From an uncultured Bacteroidales bacterium (GTDB taxonomy: Bacteria > Bacteroidota > Bacteroidia > Bacteroidales > ML635J-15): 39,210 nt of DNA. The translations under genes and the position numbers were made by a program. Location of the stretch: positions 1-39,210 of the forward strand of contig CAZUQY010000002.1 in NCBI GenBank assembly GCA_964622935.1, written 5' to 3'. The notes beneath the pieces were generated by a model. It had not been told where the DNA came from, did no database searches, and worked only from the letters and a program-made list of their open reading frames with translations. How positions within the stretch are numbered: position 1 is the stretch's first letter; the number at the start of each line of letters is the position of its first letter. Shown here piece after piece: positions 9,269 to 19,249 of the stretch.

Positions 9269-9276
9269 CAAATTTA
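9269..9276 (-). promoter_or_regulatory. -7 promoter box (TAAATTTG) for rpiB
   Basis: Exact TAnnTTTG match on the minus strand, 19 nt upstream of the rpiB ATG. Confidence 0.45.
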
Positions 9277-9289
9277 TTAAAGATTTTCT

Positions 9290-10384
9290 TTATCTCTTTT
9301 TTCGTTTAATCTTTTTAAACTTTTTATTCAACCATGCAGGTGCCATAATCGAACCAATAAAAAGATATGGATAATATGAGATCAATCTCCATATCAACGC
9401 CATAAACACTACAAATCCTGCTATCGGAACGAATTCCGCCATATATGAATTAAATACAGTTTCTACAAATCCACTTCCTCCAGGAGTAGGCATCACAAGC
9501 ATCATGATCCACATAACCATCTGTTTTGCAAAAATCAGAAAATGATCATGTAAAGTAAGATATTTTGTATACGCATCAAATCTTAGGGAATAATACAATG
9601 CTAACATTAAAAAGTTCAACACCCAATATCTGGAAGTCCATGACATAAAACTAGAAAGTGCAGCTTTAAACCAAAACCAAAAATTTCTATGTTTAAATTC
9701 ACGATTAGATATCTCAAAACTCTTTGCCATCTTTTCAGCAGAATTCTTCCATCGTTTTAAAAACCTGAAACGAAAAAGTTTATTAATCAGTGATGCAAAA
9801 AACTTTGGGTTAATAAAGATTGAATATCCCATTATTATTGCCCATAATAGCTTCATGGTATATCCAATAATTGCAAAAACAAAGAACCTTGAAGATATTA
9901 AGGATGACTCATCTACACTAAAAAGTTCTGATTGGCTGAATAATAACAACAAAATGGGAAACATGATAGAAAAATACAACTCATCCAAAAAAGAGGTTGC
10001 AATAACAATAGAAGTACTTTTTCCTAGATTAATCCCTTCTTTCCAAACAAAAACTGTTGCTAGAGCAGTTCCACCAATTGCAGAAGGAGTAACTGCAGAA
10101 CCAAACTCCCATAATAAAACGATTCGCAAACAACTAACCCATTTTAACTCACCTGAAGATAAGATTCTAAGTCTAATGATATATCCGAGATCACGAAAAA
10201 CCATTAATAGAACTGCCAAAAATAAAAACAGAAAAGTGTAATATGAAAATTCAAACACCGTAAAATCTATCTTGTGAAAATCGCGATAAACAAAAAACAA
10301 AACGATACCAAGTCCTAAAACTGCAGGCAATACAACCTTCCAAGGATTAAGATTTCTTAAACTAGTATCTTGAGTTTTGCTCAT
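9290..10384 (-). CDS. UPF0104 / lysyl-phosphatidylglycerol-synthase-TM-like (flippase-like) membrane protein
   Basis: 364-aa polytopic membrane ORF with a basic C-terminal tail. Family assignment is by overall resemblance and is an inference. Confidence 0.6.
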   Translation of the reverse strand: MSKTQDTSLRNLNPWKVVLPAVLGLGIVLFFVYRDFHKIDFTVFEFSYYTFLFLFLAVLLMVFRDLGYIIRLRILSSGELKWVSCLRIVLLWEFGSAVTPSAIGGTALATVFVWKEGINLGKSTSIVIATSFLDELYFSIMFPILLLLFSQSELFSVDESSLISSRFFVFAIIGYTMKLLWAIIMGYSIFINPKFFASLINKLFRFRFLKRWKNSAEKMAKSFEISNREFKHRNFWFWFKAALSSFMSWTSRYWVLNFLMLALYYSLRFDAYTKYLTLHDHFLIFAKQMVMWIMMLVMPTPGGSGFVETVFNSYMAEFVPIAGFVVFMALIWRLISYYPYLFIGSIMAPAWLNKKFKKIKRKKR

Positions 10385-10465
10385 GTTTACAAAATAAGTC
10401 TAATAATTGTAATATTCTATAAAATTGATGCTAAAATTATGTATTTTTAACCCAAATTTATATTT

Positions 10466-11215
10466 ATGAGTTTTATTGCAATTATTCCTGCAAGATATGC
10501 ATCGACAAGATTCCCCGGTAAACCTTTGATTAACATCAATGGGAAAACCATGGTACACAATGTTTATCTGCAAGCAAGCAAAGTATTTAACACCGTTTAT
10601 GTGGCCACTGAAGATGAAAGAATATTAAAAGAAGTTCTTTCTTTTGGAGGTAAAGCTGTTATGACAATGAAAAAACACAAAAGCGGAACAGATCGTTGTG
10701 CAGAAGCTATTGACAAAATTGAACTGCTTGAAAATAAAAAATTTGATATTGTAGTAAATATTCAAGGTGATGAACCTTTTATTAAAACAGAACAACTAAA
10801 TGAAATAAAAGCTTGTTTTAAATACAAAAAAACACAGATTGCTACCTTGGTTAAACCTATTAACAACAAAGATGACATTTTCAACCCAAACAAGCCCAAG
10901 GTCGTTATTTCGAAAAATAACGAAGCAATATATTTTAGCCGATCTCCTATTCCATTTTTACGAGGTCAAAAAGATTCTAAATGGGTTTCGAAGCATCTTT
11001 ATTACAAGCACATTGGATTATATGGTTACCGTAAAGACATACTAAAAGCTATAACAAAGCTTGCACCATCAGCTCTTGAGTTAGCTGAAAGCCTAGAGCA
11101 ATTACGCTGGCTCGAAAACGGTTATACTATAAAACTAGGATTTACAGAACAAGAGAGCTTCAGCATCGATACTCCAAAAGACATTGAAAAAATAAGACAA
11201 GTAGGACTATTATAA
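10466..11215 (+). CDS. kdsB: 3-deoxy-manno-octulosonate cytidylyltransferase (CMP-Kdo synthetase)
   Basis: 249-aa ORF. IIPARYASTRFPGKPL N-terminus and NIQGDEP motif. Confidence 0.92.
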   Translation: MSFIAIIPARYASTRFPGKPLININGKTMVHNVYLQASKVFNTVYVATEDERILKEVLSFGGKAVMTMKKHKSGTDRCAEAIDKIELLENKKFDIVVNIQGDEPFIKTEQLNEIKACFKYKKTQIATLVKPINNKDDIFNPNKPKVVISKNNEAIYFSRSPIPFLRGQKDSKWVSKHLYYKHIGLYGYRKDILKAITKLAPSALELAESLEQLRWLENGYTIKLGFTEQESFSIDTPKDIEKIRQVGLL

Positions 11216-12354
11216 TGAAGATTGCTGTAAATACTAGACTATTATTAAAAAACAAGCTTGAAGGCATTGGTTGGTTTAGCTTTGAATCCTTGAAACGAAT
11301 TACACAAAATCATCCAGAACATACATTCTATTATATTTTTGACAGGCCATACGACAAATCTTTTATTACTTCTGACAACATAGTCCCAATAGTTGCTGGA
11401 TTACCGACAAGACATCCGTTTTTATGGTACTTATGGATGGAATTTACTATTCCTAAAATACTAAAAGAAATTGATGCAGATATCTTTGTTTCACCAGATG
11501 GAATGATCTCTTTAAAATCTAAAATTCCACAAGTTCCAGTTATTCATGACATTAATTTTCACCACAATCCGCAACAACTCCCTTTTTGGGTAAGAAAGTA
11601 CAACAATTATTTTTTCAAGAAATACGCTAAAAAAGCGACACAAATTGGAACTGTATCAGAATATTCAAAAAATGACATCTCAGAAACATATGGCGTTGAC
11701 TCAAGTAAAATAACTGTTTGTTATAATGGTTCAAATTACATCTACAAGCCTGTTTCAGATGTGATAAAATCACAAATAAAATCAAAATACACTAAATCAG
11801 AGAATTACTTTGTATTTGTTGGAGCTCTAAATCCAAGAAAAAACATACCTGGCTTACTCAAATCATTTGAAATATTTAAAAACTCTGGCGATTTCAAGCA
11901 TAAACTAATTATTGTTTGTTCGGCAATGCATTTAACCGGAGAGATAGATGAGACCTTAAAATCAATATCATATAAAGACGATGTGGTTTTTACAGGAAGG
12001 CTAGAACTTAAAGAGTTATCACTTATACTAGGTTCAGCAACAGCACTTGTTTACATTCCATTCTTCGAAGGATTTGGAATTCCACTTGTTGAAGCGATGT
12101 ATGCAGAAACTGCAATAATTGCCGGCAACACAACCTCTCTACCAGAAGTTGTCGGAAATGCAGCACTATCATGTTCACCTGAAGATCATCTAACAATTGC
12201 TCAACATATGGTAACACTTGCGAGTAATCCTGCTATACGAAATAAATTGATTGAAGAATCAAGAATCCAAAGAATGAATTTCTCGTGGGATAAAACAGCA
12301 GAAAAATTTTGGACTTGTATTGAAAAAGGACTTTCATCTGTACAGCAAGACTAA
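11215..12354 (+). CDS. Glycosyltransferase family 4 (GT-B, Glycos_transf_1)
   Basis: 379-aa ORF with EGFGIPLVEAM (E-x7-E) motif. Its start overlaps the kdsB stop as TAATG. Confidence 0.8.
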   Translation: MKIAVNTRLLLKNKLEGIGWFSFESLKRITQNHPEHTFYYIFDRPYDKSFITSDNIVPIVAGLPTRHPFLWYLWMEFTIPKILKEIDADIFVSPDGMISLKSKIPQVPVIHDINFHHNPQQLPFWVRKYNNYFFKKYAKKATQIGTVSEYSKNDISETYGVDSSKITVCYNGSNYIYKPVSDVIKSQIKSKYTKSENYFVFVGALNPRKNIPGLLKSFEIFKNSGDFKHKLIIVCSAMHLTGEIDETLKSISYKDDVVFTGRLELKELSLILGSATALVYIPFFEGFGIPLVEAMYAETAIIAGNTTSLPEVVGNAALSCSPEDHLTIAQHMVTLASNPAIRNKLIEESRIQRMNFSWDKTAEKFWTCIEKGLSSVQQD

Positions 12355-12357
12355 GCT

Positions 12358-12954
12358 ATGCTAAAAAACAATTGCAATATTGGATTACTCGAAGCCGGTT
12401 GTGATGAAGCAGGGCGTGGTTGTTTAGCAGGACCAGTCTTTGCCGCAGCAGTTATACTTCCTAAAGACTACAAAAATGCTCTACTCAATGACTCAAAGCA
12501 AATCAGTGAAAAAAATCGATATCTTTTAAGAGAACAAGTCGAAAAAGATGCTTTGGCTTATGCGATTGGAATAGTTGACAACCATAAAATTGATAAGATA
12601 AACATTCTCAATGCTTCTTTTCTGGCTATGCACAGAGCTGTCGAGAAACTTACAATTACTCCTGAATTTTTACTTATCGACGGCAATAGGTTCAGACCAT
12701 ACCCAGACATAAAACACAAGTGTATTATTAAAGGCGACTCTATTTATTTATCTATAGCAGCGGCATCAATTTTAGCAAAAACATATAGAGATGACTATAT
12801 GCTTAATCTGCATACAGAATTCCCACATTACTGCTGGGACAAAAACAAAGGATACCCAACAAAAGCACATCGCCAAGCAATTTCTCAACATGGTGTTACT
12901 AAATATCACCGAATAAGTTTCAGACTTCTAGACACTCAATTGAAACTGTTTTAA
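12358..12954 (+). CDS. rnhB: Ribonuclease HII
   Basis: 198-aa [17 protein letters not shown] catalytic N-terminus and DSKQ motif. Starts 3 nt after the GT4 stop. Confidence 0.92.
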   Translation: MLKNNCNIGLLEAGCDEAGRGCLAGPVFAAAVILPKDYKNALLNDSKQISEKNRYLLREQVEKDALAYAIGIVDNHKIDKINILNASFLAMHRAVEKLTITPEFLLIDGNRFRPYPDIKHKCIIKGDSIYLSIAAASILAKTYRDDYMLNLHTEFPHYCWDKNKGYPTKAHRQAISQHGVTKYHRISFRLLDTQLKLF

Positions 12955-12972
12955 ATTAGACATCTATTAAAT

Positions 12973-13004
12973 AAAAAAACGCTGCAACAAAAAGCTACAG
13001 CGTT
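12973..13004 (-). terminator. Probable intrinsic terminator of the 216-aa membrane-protein gene, lying between convergent genes
   Basis: AACGCTG (12978-12984) pairs with CAGCGTT (12998-13004) across a 13-nt loop. A U7 run follows only on the minus-strand transcript (A-run 12973-12979). Confidence 0.5.
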
Positions 13005-13024
13005 AGTAAACTATTTTAGTGATT

Positions 13025-13675
13025 TTATTTTCTTAAAAAAGCAACAACAAGTTTATAAATTGCAGATACGAGATACATTCCAACAACATTTACAAATGCC
13101 ACAAAAATGCTTAGTATCATCATGGAAAATCCAACTTGGAACAACTGACTAAAGTATTCTTTAAAAGTATCAACACCAAGTCCTGAAAATGCTCCAGGCA
13201 AATTAACAAAACTGATTCGTGATATTAAACCAACAAGTCCGTCCATTGGAAAGAATGGCATAGCAGCTAACAAAGTCGAAAGCAAAGTTATTAAACCAAT
13301 AGCGATAGGAATAATTGCACCAATTATACCAATAGTTTTAAAGATACCAGGCATAATATCAACAAGGTTTGTTGTTGGATCGTTTATGATTAATTTTGCT
13401 CTGTTATACAAAGCACCCACAACAAATAAATAAGTACCTACAGAAATTAGAAGACACAATATAAATAATACTAAATGACGAATAATTGGAAATGCATCCA
13501 TGTCAAAAACGACGTCAAAATAATCTATTGTAACCAAAATAACACTATACGCTCCATATACAGCAAAAACTATTGCAGCAAATAAAAACATAAACCTGAA
13601 CGCTTTCTTAAAAAAGTTTTCACCTTCAACTATAGCAACTGGTTTTGAAGTAAATAATCCAAGTAATTTTTCCAT
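13025..13675 (-). CDS. Hypothetical multi-pass membrane protein
   Basis: 216-aa ORF with 4-5 hydrophobic segments and no recognisable motif. It appears monocistronic, with its own -7 box and terminator. Confidence 0.6.
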   Translation of the reverse strand: MEKLLGLFTSKPVAIVEGENFFKKAFRFMFLFAAIVFAVYGAYSVILVTIDYFDVVFDMDAFPIIRHLVLFILCLLISVGTYLFVVGALYNRAKLIINDPTTNLVDIMPGIFKTIGIIGAIIPIAIGLITLLSTLLAAMPFFPMDGLVGLISRISFVNLPGAFSGLGVDTFKEYFSQLFQVGFSMMILSIFVAFVNVVGMYLVSAIYKLVVAFLRK

Positions 13676-13706
13676 AATTTTTAGTTTTAATATTGATTGA
13701 TTTGTG

Positions 13707-13714
13707 CAAATATA
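13707..13714 (-). promoter_or_regulatory. -7 promoter box (TATATTTG) for the membrane-protein gene
   Basis: Exact TAnnTTTG match on the minus strand, 31 nt upstream of the ATG at 13675. Confidence 0.45.
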
Positions 13715-13835
13715 AGAATTTTATTTTTAATATCGGCTCAATAGATTCCAATCGAACCTTTTCTTTATTCTTTATAAGCAAACAGAATCAGGAAAAGGAT
13801 ATCGTTTTTCGGAATAAATACGATAACGAATATTT

Positions 13836-15701
13836 TTACGTAATAAGTCCCTTATTCTTAATAAGGAATTTATGTAAAATAATTAATACCCAAATGCGAT
13901 TATACAAATAATCATGACCTTGTCTGAATTTCCTGACCATTTTTTGAACCTCTTTAAATTCCACGACATTAAATTCTAAAATAATAGATTCATTTAAGTA
14001 GTCATTAATTAAGAAGGACAAATCAGTATAAAGCCATTTTTTCAAAGGAATAGAAAAACCCCATTTGGGTCTGTCGAAAAACCTTTCAGGAATATAATCG
14101 TAAAGCACCTGTTTTAAAAGATATTTTTGTGTATCACCAACGATTTTAAGTTTCGGGTCAACATTTAGAGCAAACTCAACAATACGATTATCAAGCAAAG
14201 GAACTCTTGTTTCCAAAGCATATCTCATTGATGCTCTATCAACTTTTACCAACAAATCATCCTTAAGATAATATCGAAGATCAAAAACGGCTTGTGCCTC
14301 TTCAGGAGTCAGCTTCCTAACAAAATTATCATAATCTTGCTCAAGACTATTATCGAAAACTAATTCGGGATTTAACAACTTGCTAATTTCTCGTTCACTA
14401 AAAAGATATTGTTCCTGCGAAAAGATATGACTTTTAATCGTAGCCTTATCTTTATACTTATATAAATAGGAGGCTCTCTTTGATCTATTTGATGGATATG
14501 CACTTAACATTACTCCAAACAATTGTCTAAATGTTGTATTTGGGAAATGTGTCAATCTTTTTGCCCATTTATAAGCTCCATAACCATGAAAAAGCTCATC
14601 GCCTCCATCACCCGACAAAACCATTGAAACATGTTCTTTTGCCAATTTCGACAGCATCATTGTGGGTATTGCGGAAGAATCTGCATAAGGTTCATCATAA
14701 AAATCAAGCATATCCAAAACAATGTCTTTTGCATCATTTTCAGTTACGATATATTCATGATGATCAGTCCCGAGATAATTTGCGACTTTACGAGCATATT
14801 TAGATTCATCATATTGTGAATCTGCAAATCCAATCGAAAATGTTTTAAGTTTTCCTTCATATTCTTTACTAGCAACTGCAGTAACTAAACTTGAATCAAT
14901 TCCTCCACTCAAAAATGTACCAAATGGGACATCACTAACTAAGCGCATAGAAACAGAAGATTTAATAAGATCGTTTAATCTCGTTTTTGCTTCCGATATG
15001 TCTGTAATAACATTTCGTCGGATAGTTCCTTCAATATCCCAATAGGATTCCATTCTAAAACCGTTTTCGGAAAGAATACCTGTTTGCCCATTTGGGAATT
15101 TACGAATATTGCTAAAGATTGTATTAGGCTCTGGAATATATCCTAGATGCAAAAACTCATTTATAGCAGAATTATTTATTTGTCGTCTATCTCTAATATA
15201 CTTTACCTTAAGAAGTGATTTCAATTCTGAGGAAAAAGCAAAATTATCTCCATCCCAATAATAAAACAGAGGCTTAATTCCAATCCTATCACGAAAGATA
15301 TATAATATTTGTTCTTGCTTATCAAAAATGCAGATTGAGAACATCCCGTTGAGTTTACTAATAAAGGTAACCCCCCACTCAGCAAACGCCTCAACAATTA
15401 CTTCTGTATCACTGGTAGTTTTTAACTCAATATTCAGGTCCTTAGCGATACTTTTAAAATTATAAACCTCGCCGTTGTATACACAAACATACCTCATTGA
15501 ATGAGACTCCATTGGTTGATTTGCATCATTTGACAAATCAAGAATACTTAACCTTTGATGTCCCAGCCCAACATTTTCGGTATAGTAACTTCCTTCTGCA
15601 TCGGGTCCCCTATGGACCAGACATGAAGTCATACTATCCAATTCTTCTTTACTGACAAAGTCAGCATTACTTTGTGTATAAAAACCTGTTATTCCGCACA
15701 T
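13836..15701 (-). CDS. asnB: Asparagine synthase (glutamine-hydrolysing), long form
   Basis: 621-aa ORF. MCGI N-terminal nucleophile Cys2 and SGGIDSS PP-loop motif. Confidence 0.9.
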   Translation of the reverse strand: MCGITGFYTQSNADFVSKEELDSMTSCLVHRGPDAEGSYYTENVGLGHQRLSILDLSNDANQPMESHSMRYVCVYNGEVYNFKSIAKDLNIELKTTSDTEVIVEAFAEWGVTFISKLNGMFSICIFDKQEQILYIFRDRIGIKPLFYYWDGDNFAFSSELKSLLKVKYIRDRRQINNSAINEFLHLGYIPEPNTIFSNIRKFPNGQTGILSENGFRMESYWDIEGTIRRNVITDISEAKTRLNDLIKSSVSMRLVSDVPFGTFLSGGIDSSLVTAVASKEYEGKLKTFSIGFADSQYDESKYARKVANYLGTDHHEYIVTENDAKDIVLDMLDFYDEPYADSSAIPTMMLSKLAKEHVSMVLSGDGGDELFHGYGAYKWAKRLTHFPNTTFRQLFGVMLSAYPSNRSKRASYLYKYKDKATIKSHIFSQEQYLFSEREISKLLNPELVFDNSLEQDYDNFVRKLTPEEAQAVFDLRYYLKDDLLVKVDRASMRYALETRVPLLDNRIVEFALNVDPKLKIVGDTQKYLLKQVLYDYIPERFFDRPKWGFSIPLKKWLYTDLSFLINDYLNESIILEFNVVEFKEVQKMVRKFRQGHDYLYNRIWVLIILHKFLIKNKGLIT

Positions 15702-15722
15702 TATTCTATCAATCTACTTATG

Positions 15723-15730
15723 CAAAAATA
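15723..15730 (-). promoter_or_regulatory. -7 promoter box (TATTTTTG) for asnB
   Basis: Exact TAnnTTTG match on the minus strand, 21 nt upstream of the ATG at 15701. Confidence 0.45.
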
Positions 15731-15768
15731 ATTGAATATATCAAGTATAACTAATATAAGTCTAATTT

Positions 15769-17148
15769 TTATATTAAGTTTTTAGGTTTAACTGCATTAT
15801 CAAAGATTTCAACTGAAACTAAACCCGTAATCTGAACAGCCTCTCTAAGACTAATATCGTTTTCAAAGGCATATTTTGCAATCTTTGCAGCATTTTCATA
15901 ACCTATCTTTTCATTTAAGGCGGCAACTGACATTAATGAATTCTCAAGATTTTTATCTAATTGCTGTGTATTGACCTTCATACCTACTAAACAATTATCC
16001 GTAAACGAGTTAACTGCTTCCGATAAAAGTTTCACCGATTCGATAAAATTCTTTATTATCAATGGTTTATTGACATTAAGCTCAAACTGTCCATTCATTG
16101 CTCCAGTGGCAATTGCAACGTCATTACCAAAAACCTGCGCACACACCATCGTAAGCGCCTCTATTTGAGTAGGGTTAACCTTACCCGGCATTATCGATGA
16201 TCCAGGCTCGTTAGTTGGTAATATAATCTCTGACAAACCACAACGCGGACCACTTGACATTAGTCTCAGGTCATTTGCGATCTTATTCAAACTAACAGCC
16301 AATTGTTTAACCGAAGAATGAGTTTCAACAATTGCATCATTAGCAGCCATAGCTTCGAATTTGTTTTCGGCAGGAGCAAACTCAAGTCCTGTAAAATCAT
16401 TAATATAAGACACTACTGATTTATCAAAACCTTTGGGAGCATTAAGGCCCGTACCCACTGCTGTACCACCAATTGCAAGTTCATACAAATGTTTCAAAGA
16501 ATTCTGCAAAGATTTAATTCCATGATCAATTTGTGAAATATAACCAGAAAACTCTTGACCAAAACTTAAAGGAGTTGCATCCATCATATGAGTTCTACCA
16601 ACTTTTATATAATCCTTAAATTCTTCAGATTTCTTTTCAAATCTGTTTCTCAATTGCACCAATGAAGGCAAAAGATTGTTCTGCACCAATAACATTGCTG
16701 CCATATTTATAACTGTAGGAAAAGTATCATTCGAGGATTGACTTTTATTTATATCATCATTTGGATGAAAAGATTTCACCTCATCAGTTAATTTGCCACC
16801 ATTTAATACATGGGCACGATTAGCAATAACTTCGTTTAAGTTCATATTAGTTTGAGTACCCGAACCTGTTTGCCAAACAACCAATGGAAAGTTGTCATCA
16901 AGAAGCCCTTTGCTTATTTCATCACAAACAAGAGAAATAGATGATGCCTTATTTGCATCAAGTTTTCCAAGATCTCTATTTGCAAAGGCACATGCTTTTT
17001 TTAACAAAGCAAACGCATGAATCACTTCCAAAGGCATACGTTCGCCAATTTTAAAATTTTCAAACGAACGCTGAGTTTGAGCTCCCCAATACTTATCTCC
17101 AGAGACCTCAATAACACCTAATGTGTCGTGTTCTTTTCTGTTTTTCAT
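15769..17148 (-). CDS. fumC: Class II fumarate hydratase
   Basis: 459-aa ORF with GSSIMPGKVNPTQ signature. Confidence 0.95.
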   Translation of the reverse strand: MKNRKEHDTLGVIEVSGDKYWGAQTQRSFENFKIGERMPLEVIHAFALLKKACAFANRDLGKLDANKASSISLVCDEISKGLLDDNFPLVVWQTGSGTQTNMNLNEVIANRAHVLNGGKLTDEVKSFHPNDDINKSQSSNDTFPTVINMAAMLLVQNNLLPSLVQLRNRFEKKSEEFKDYIKVGRTHMMDATPLSFGQEFSGYISQIDHGIKSLQNSLKHLYELAIGGTAVGTGLNAPKGFDKSVVSYINDFTGLEFAPAENKFEAMAANDAIVETHSSVKQLAVSLNKIANDLRLMSSGPRCGLSEIILPTNEPGSSIMPGKVNPTQIEALTMVCAQVFGNDVAIATGAMNGQFELNVNKPLIIKNFIESVKLLSEAVNSFTDNCLVGMKVNTQQLDKNLENSLMSVAALNEKIGYENAAKIAKYAFENDISLREAVQITGLVSVEIFDNAVKPKNLI

Positions 17149-17158
17149 TTTCTATAAA

Positions 17159-17953
17159 TTAATTAAAGAACCCTCTAATTGCAGCTGTAGTTTCAACAGG
17201 ATTATCAAAATGCAACCAATGTCCAGCATTTTTTATTTCCTGAATTGAAACATTTGTAAAAATAAAATTAATAAGTTTTACATCTGAATCAGTTATATAA
17301 TTTGAATTTTCTGCTTTAAAAAAAAGTGTCTTTACCCCTATTTTCTTATCTATAAAATCATCGGCATTAAGCCCACTAAAGATATTGTTAAGATTTTCAA
17401 ATAATGAATTTACATTTATTCGCCAGAAAAATCCATCTTCATTCTTACCAATACTTTTCAGAACAACATTTTTCACAGTAGGACCATAAGACTCTATTTC
17501 CTTGCTTATCGATCTATAATCTTTAAAATCGGATAAGTTAAGTCGTTTCATTAAAGATAGTAGATTTAAGTGGGAATTTGCAGTTGCGTCTTGCTCAAGC
17601 AGCGAAGTATGTGAACGTGGCGAGATATCAGCTACGACCATTTTTTCAATCATTTCAGGAAACTTTTCCGCAAAAGACATAACAAGTTTGCCTCCCATAG
17701 AGTGCCCAACTATATATGCTTTGTCAATCTTCATAAAATCAAGATAATTTTTTAAATCATTTGCCATTTCAGGATATGAATGCACATCGCTACGAAAAGA
17801 CTTTCCATGATTTCTCAAATCCGGCAAATGCACTGTAAATTCGTTTGATAAAGATTCACCTACTCGGGCCCAGCTATCAGAATTCCCATACAGGCCATGC
17901 AATATAACAAGTTTTCTGTCAGAGTTTCCAATTATATTTGAATTTAAGACCAC
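17159..17953 (-). CDS. Alpha/beta-fold hydrolase
   Basis: 264-aa ORF with GHSMGG nucleophile elbow. Has a GTG start 9 nt after the pheS stop, and the fumC start lies 10 nt downstream of this gene's stop. Confidence 0.75.
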   Translation of the reverse strand: MVLNSNIIGNSDRKLVILHGLYGNSDSWARVGESLSNEFTVHLPDLRNHGKSFRSDVHSYPEMANDLKNYLDFMKIDKAYIVGHSMGGKLVMSFAEKFPEMIEKMVVADISPRSHTSLLEQDATANSHLNLLSLMKRLNLSDFKDYRSISKEIESYGPTVKNVVLKSIGKNEDGFFWRINVNSLFENLNNIFSGLNADDFIDKKIGVKTLFFKAENSNYITDSDVKLINFIFTNVSIQEIKNAGHWLHFDNPVETTAAIRGFFN

Positions 17954-17962
17954 TTCGGAAAA

Positions 17963-18982
17963 TTATAATGCGGATGTAAACTGCTCTAAAAATCTTATGT
18001 CATTTTCAAAAAACAATCGCAGGTCTTTGATACCATATTTAAGCATCGAAATTCGTTCAATTCCCATTCCAAAGGCATAACCAGAATAAACTTCTGGATC
18101 TATCCCTGCTGAAACAAACACATTAGGATCAACCATTCCACAACCTAATATCTCTAACCAACCAGTACCTTTGCAAACATTGCAACCTTTACCACCGCAC
18201 AAAGTACAACTAACATCCATCTCAGCAGATGGTTCAGTAAAAGGAAAATATGATGGGCGAAGTCTGATTTTTGTTTTTTCTCCAAACATTTCCTTAGCAA
18301 AATAATCGAGTGTTTGTTTCAAATCAGCAAACGATACATTTTTATCCACGTACAAACCTTCGATTTGATGAAAAAGACAGTGTGCTCTTGCCGAAATTGC
18401 TTCGTTACGATAAACTCTACCCGGTGACAAACTTCTAATTGGCGGATCTAACTCGGACATTTCGTGAGCTTGACTAGATGATGTATGAGTCCTCAATAAG
18501 ACATTCATATCAGAAGAGATAAAAAAAGTATCCTGCATATCTCTTGCCGGATGATCGGCAGGGAAATTTAATTTGCCAAAATTATGATCCTCATCTTCGA
18601 TTTCAGGACCATCAGCAACAATAAATCCAAGACGAGTGAAAATAGAAATTATTTCTTTCCTTACAATTGACAATGGATGACGTGAACCTAAATTCATTGG
18701 GTCTCCAGGCCTACTTAAATCGATTTCAAATTCTGAATTTTCATTAACAACAAGTGATGCTTTTAAAGTATTTACTTTTTCTATTGCAACTTGTTTTAAA
18801 CGATTTATCTCAACTCCGACCACCTTCTTTTCCTCAACTCCAAGTGTTCTAAAATCATTAAACAACTCAGATATTAGTCCTTTTTTGGATAAATATTTTA
18901 ATCTAATTTCTTCAACTTCTTCTATGCTTTTGGGTGAAAATTCATTAACCGCTTTCAACAATTCATTAATTCTGTCAATCAT
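17963..18982 (-). CDS. pheS: Phenylalanine--tRNA ligase alpha subunit
   Basis: 339-aa ORF. Class II motifs (HPARDMQDTF, FRNE-like RVYRNE, GMGIERI). Confidence 0.95.
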   Translation of the reverse strand: MIDRINELLKAVNEFSPKSIEEVEEIRLKYLSKKGLISELFNDFRTLGVEEKKVVGVEINRLKQVAIEKVNTLKASLVVNENSEFEIDLSRPGDPMNLGSRHPLSIVRKEIISIFTRLGFIVADGPEIEDEDHNFGKLNFPADHPARDMQDTFFISSDMNVLLRTHTSSSQAHEMSELDPPIRSLSPGRVYRNEAISARAHCLFHQIEGLYVDKNVSFADLKQTLDYFAKEMFGEKTKIRLRPSYFPFTEPSAEMDVSCTLCGGKGCNVCKGTGWLEILGCGMVDPNVFVSAGIDPEVYSGYAFGMGIERISMLKYGIKDLRLFFENDIRFLEQFTSAL

Positions 18983-19002
18983 AATTCATTTTTTAGAATG
19001 CA

Positions 19003-19010
19003 CAAAGTTA
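19003..19010 (-). promoter_or_regulatory. -7 promoter box (TAACTTTG) for pheS
   Basis: Exact TAnnTTTG match on the minus strand, 20 nt upstream of the pheS ATG. pheS therefore does not need the remaining ~540 nt of the spacer. Confidence 0.45.
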
Positions 19011-19068
19011 AAACTTTTCACAATATCAGCAATTCAAAAAAAGTAATTCAAGATACAATTAGCAAGGA

Positions 19069-19154
19069 AAATTAGAATTATCCTACGCTCATCCCTCCGA
19101 GGGACAACATTAAAGTCAGTAAAACCCTCGGAGGGAGTGGCAGAAACCTACCAT
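19069..19154. repeat. Copy A of an 86-nt intergenic repeat carrying two 11-nt dyads
   Basis: CCCTCCGAGGG (19093-19103) and CCCTCGGAGGG (19125-19135). Together they form a perfect 12-bp inverted repeat, 19092-19103 / 19125-19136. About 70% identical by eye to copy B. Confidence 0.75.
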
Positions 19155-19201
19155 TTTGTAATCTCAAACTAGACGATAATAAAAAGTAACAATAGAAGTA
19201 A

Positions 19202-19249
19202 GAACATTCGATTAAGAGAACAATGGAACATTCGAAATTAGAAACAACC
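19202..19249. repeat. Short tandem direct repeat (GAACATTCGA x2, 24-nt period)
   Basis: The exact 10-mer occurs at 19202 and 19226, with loosely similar flanks (..GA[GA]AACAA). The second unit overlaps the 5' end of copy B. Confidence 0.4.

Noticed and set aside
8738-9374. Plus-strand ORFs (91, 80 and 90 aa) overlapping rpiB and the 3' end of the UPF0104 gene.
   Set aside because: They overlap a clearly identified rpiB gene on the opposite strand and have no recognisable motifs.
13850-13866. 7-bp palindrome CCTTATT-CTT-AATAAGG near the end of asnB, considered as a terminator.
   Set aside because: It lies inside the asnB coding sequence, upstream of the stop codon at 13836-13838 on the minus strand, so it cannot be the asnB terminator.
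13693-13911. 72-aa plus-strand ORF spanning the promoter region of the membrane-protein gene and the asnB 3' end. Also the 61-aa minus-strand ORF at 36179-36364 overlapping the HD-gene start.
   Set aside because: They cross promoter and terminator-like sequences and overlap supported genes. The peptides are AT-bias-type and lack any supporting context.
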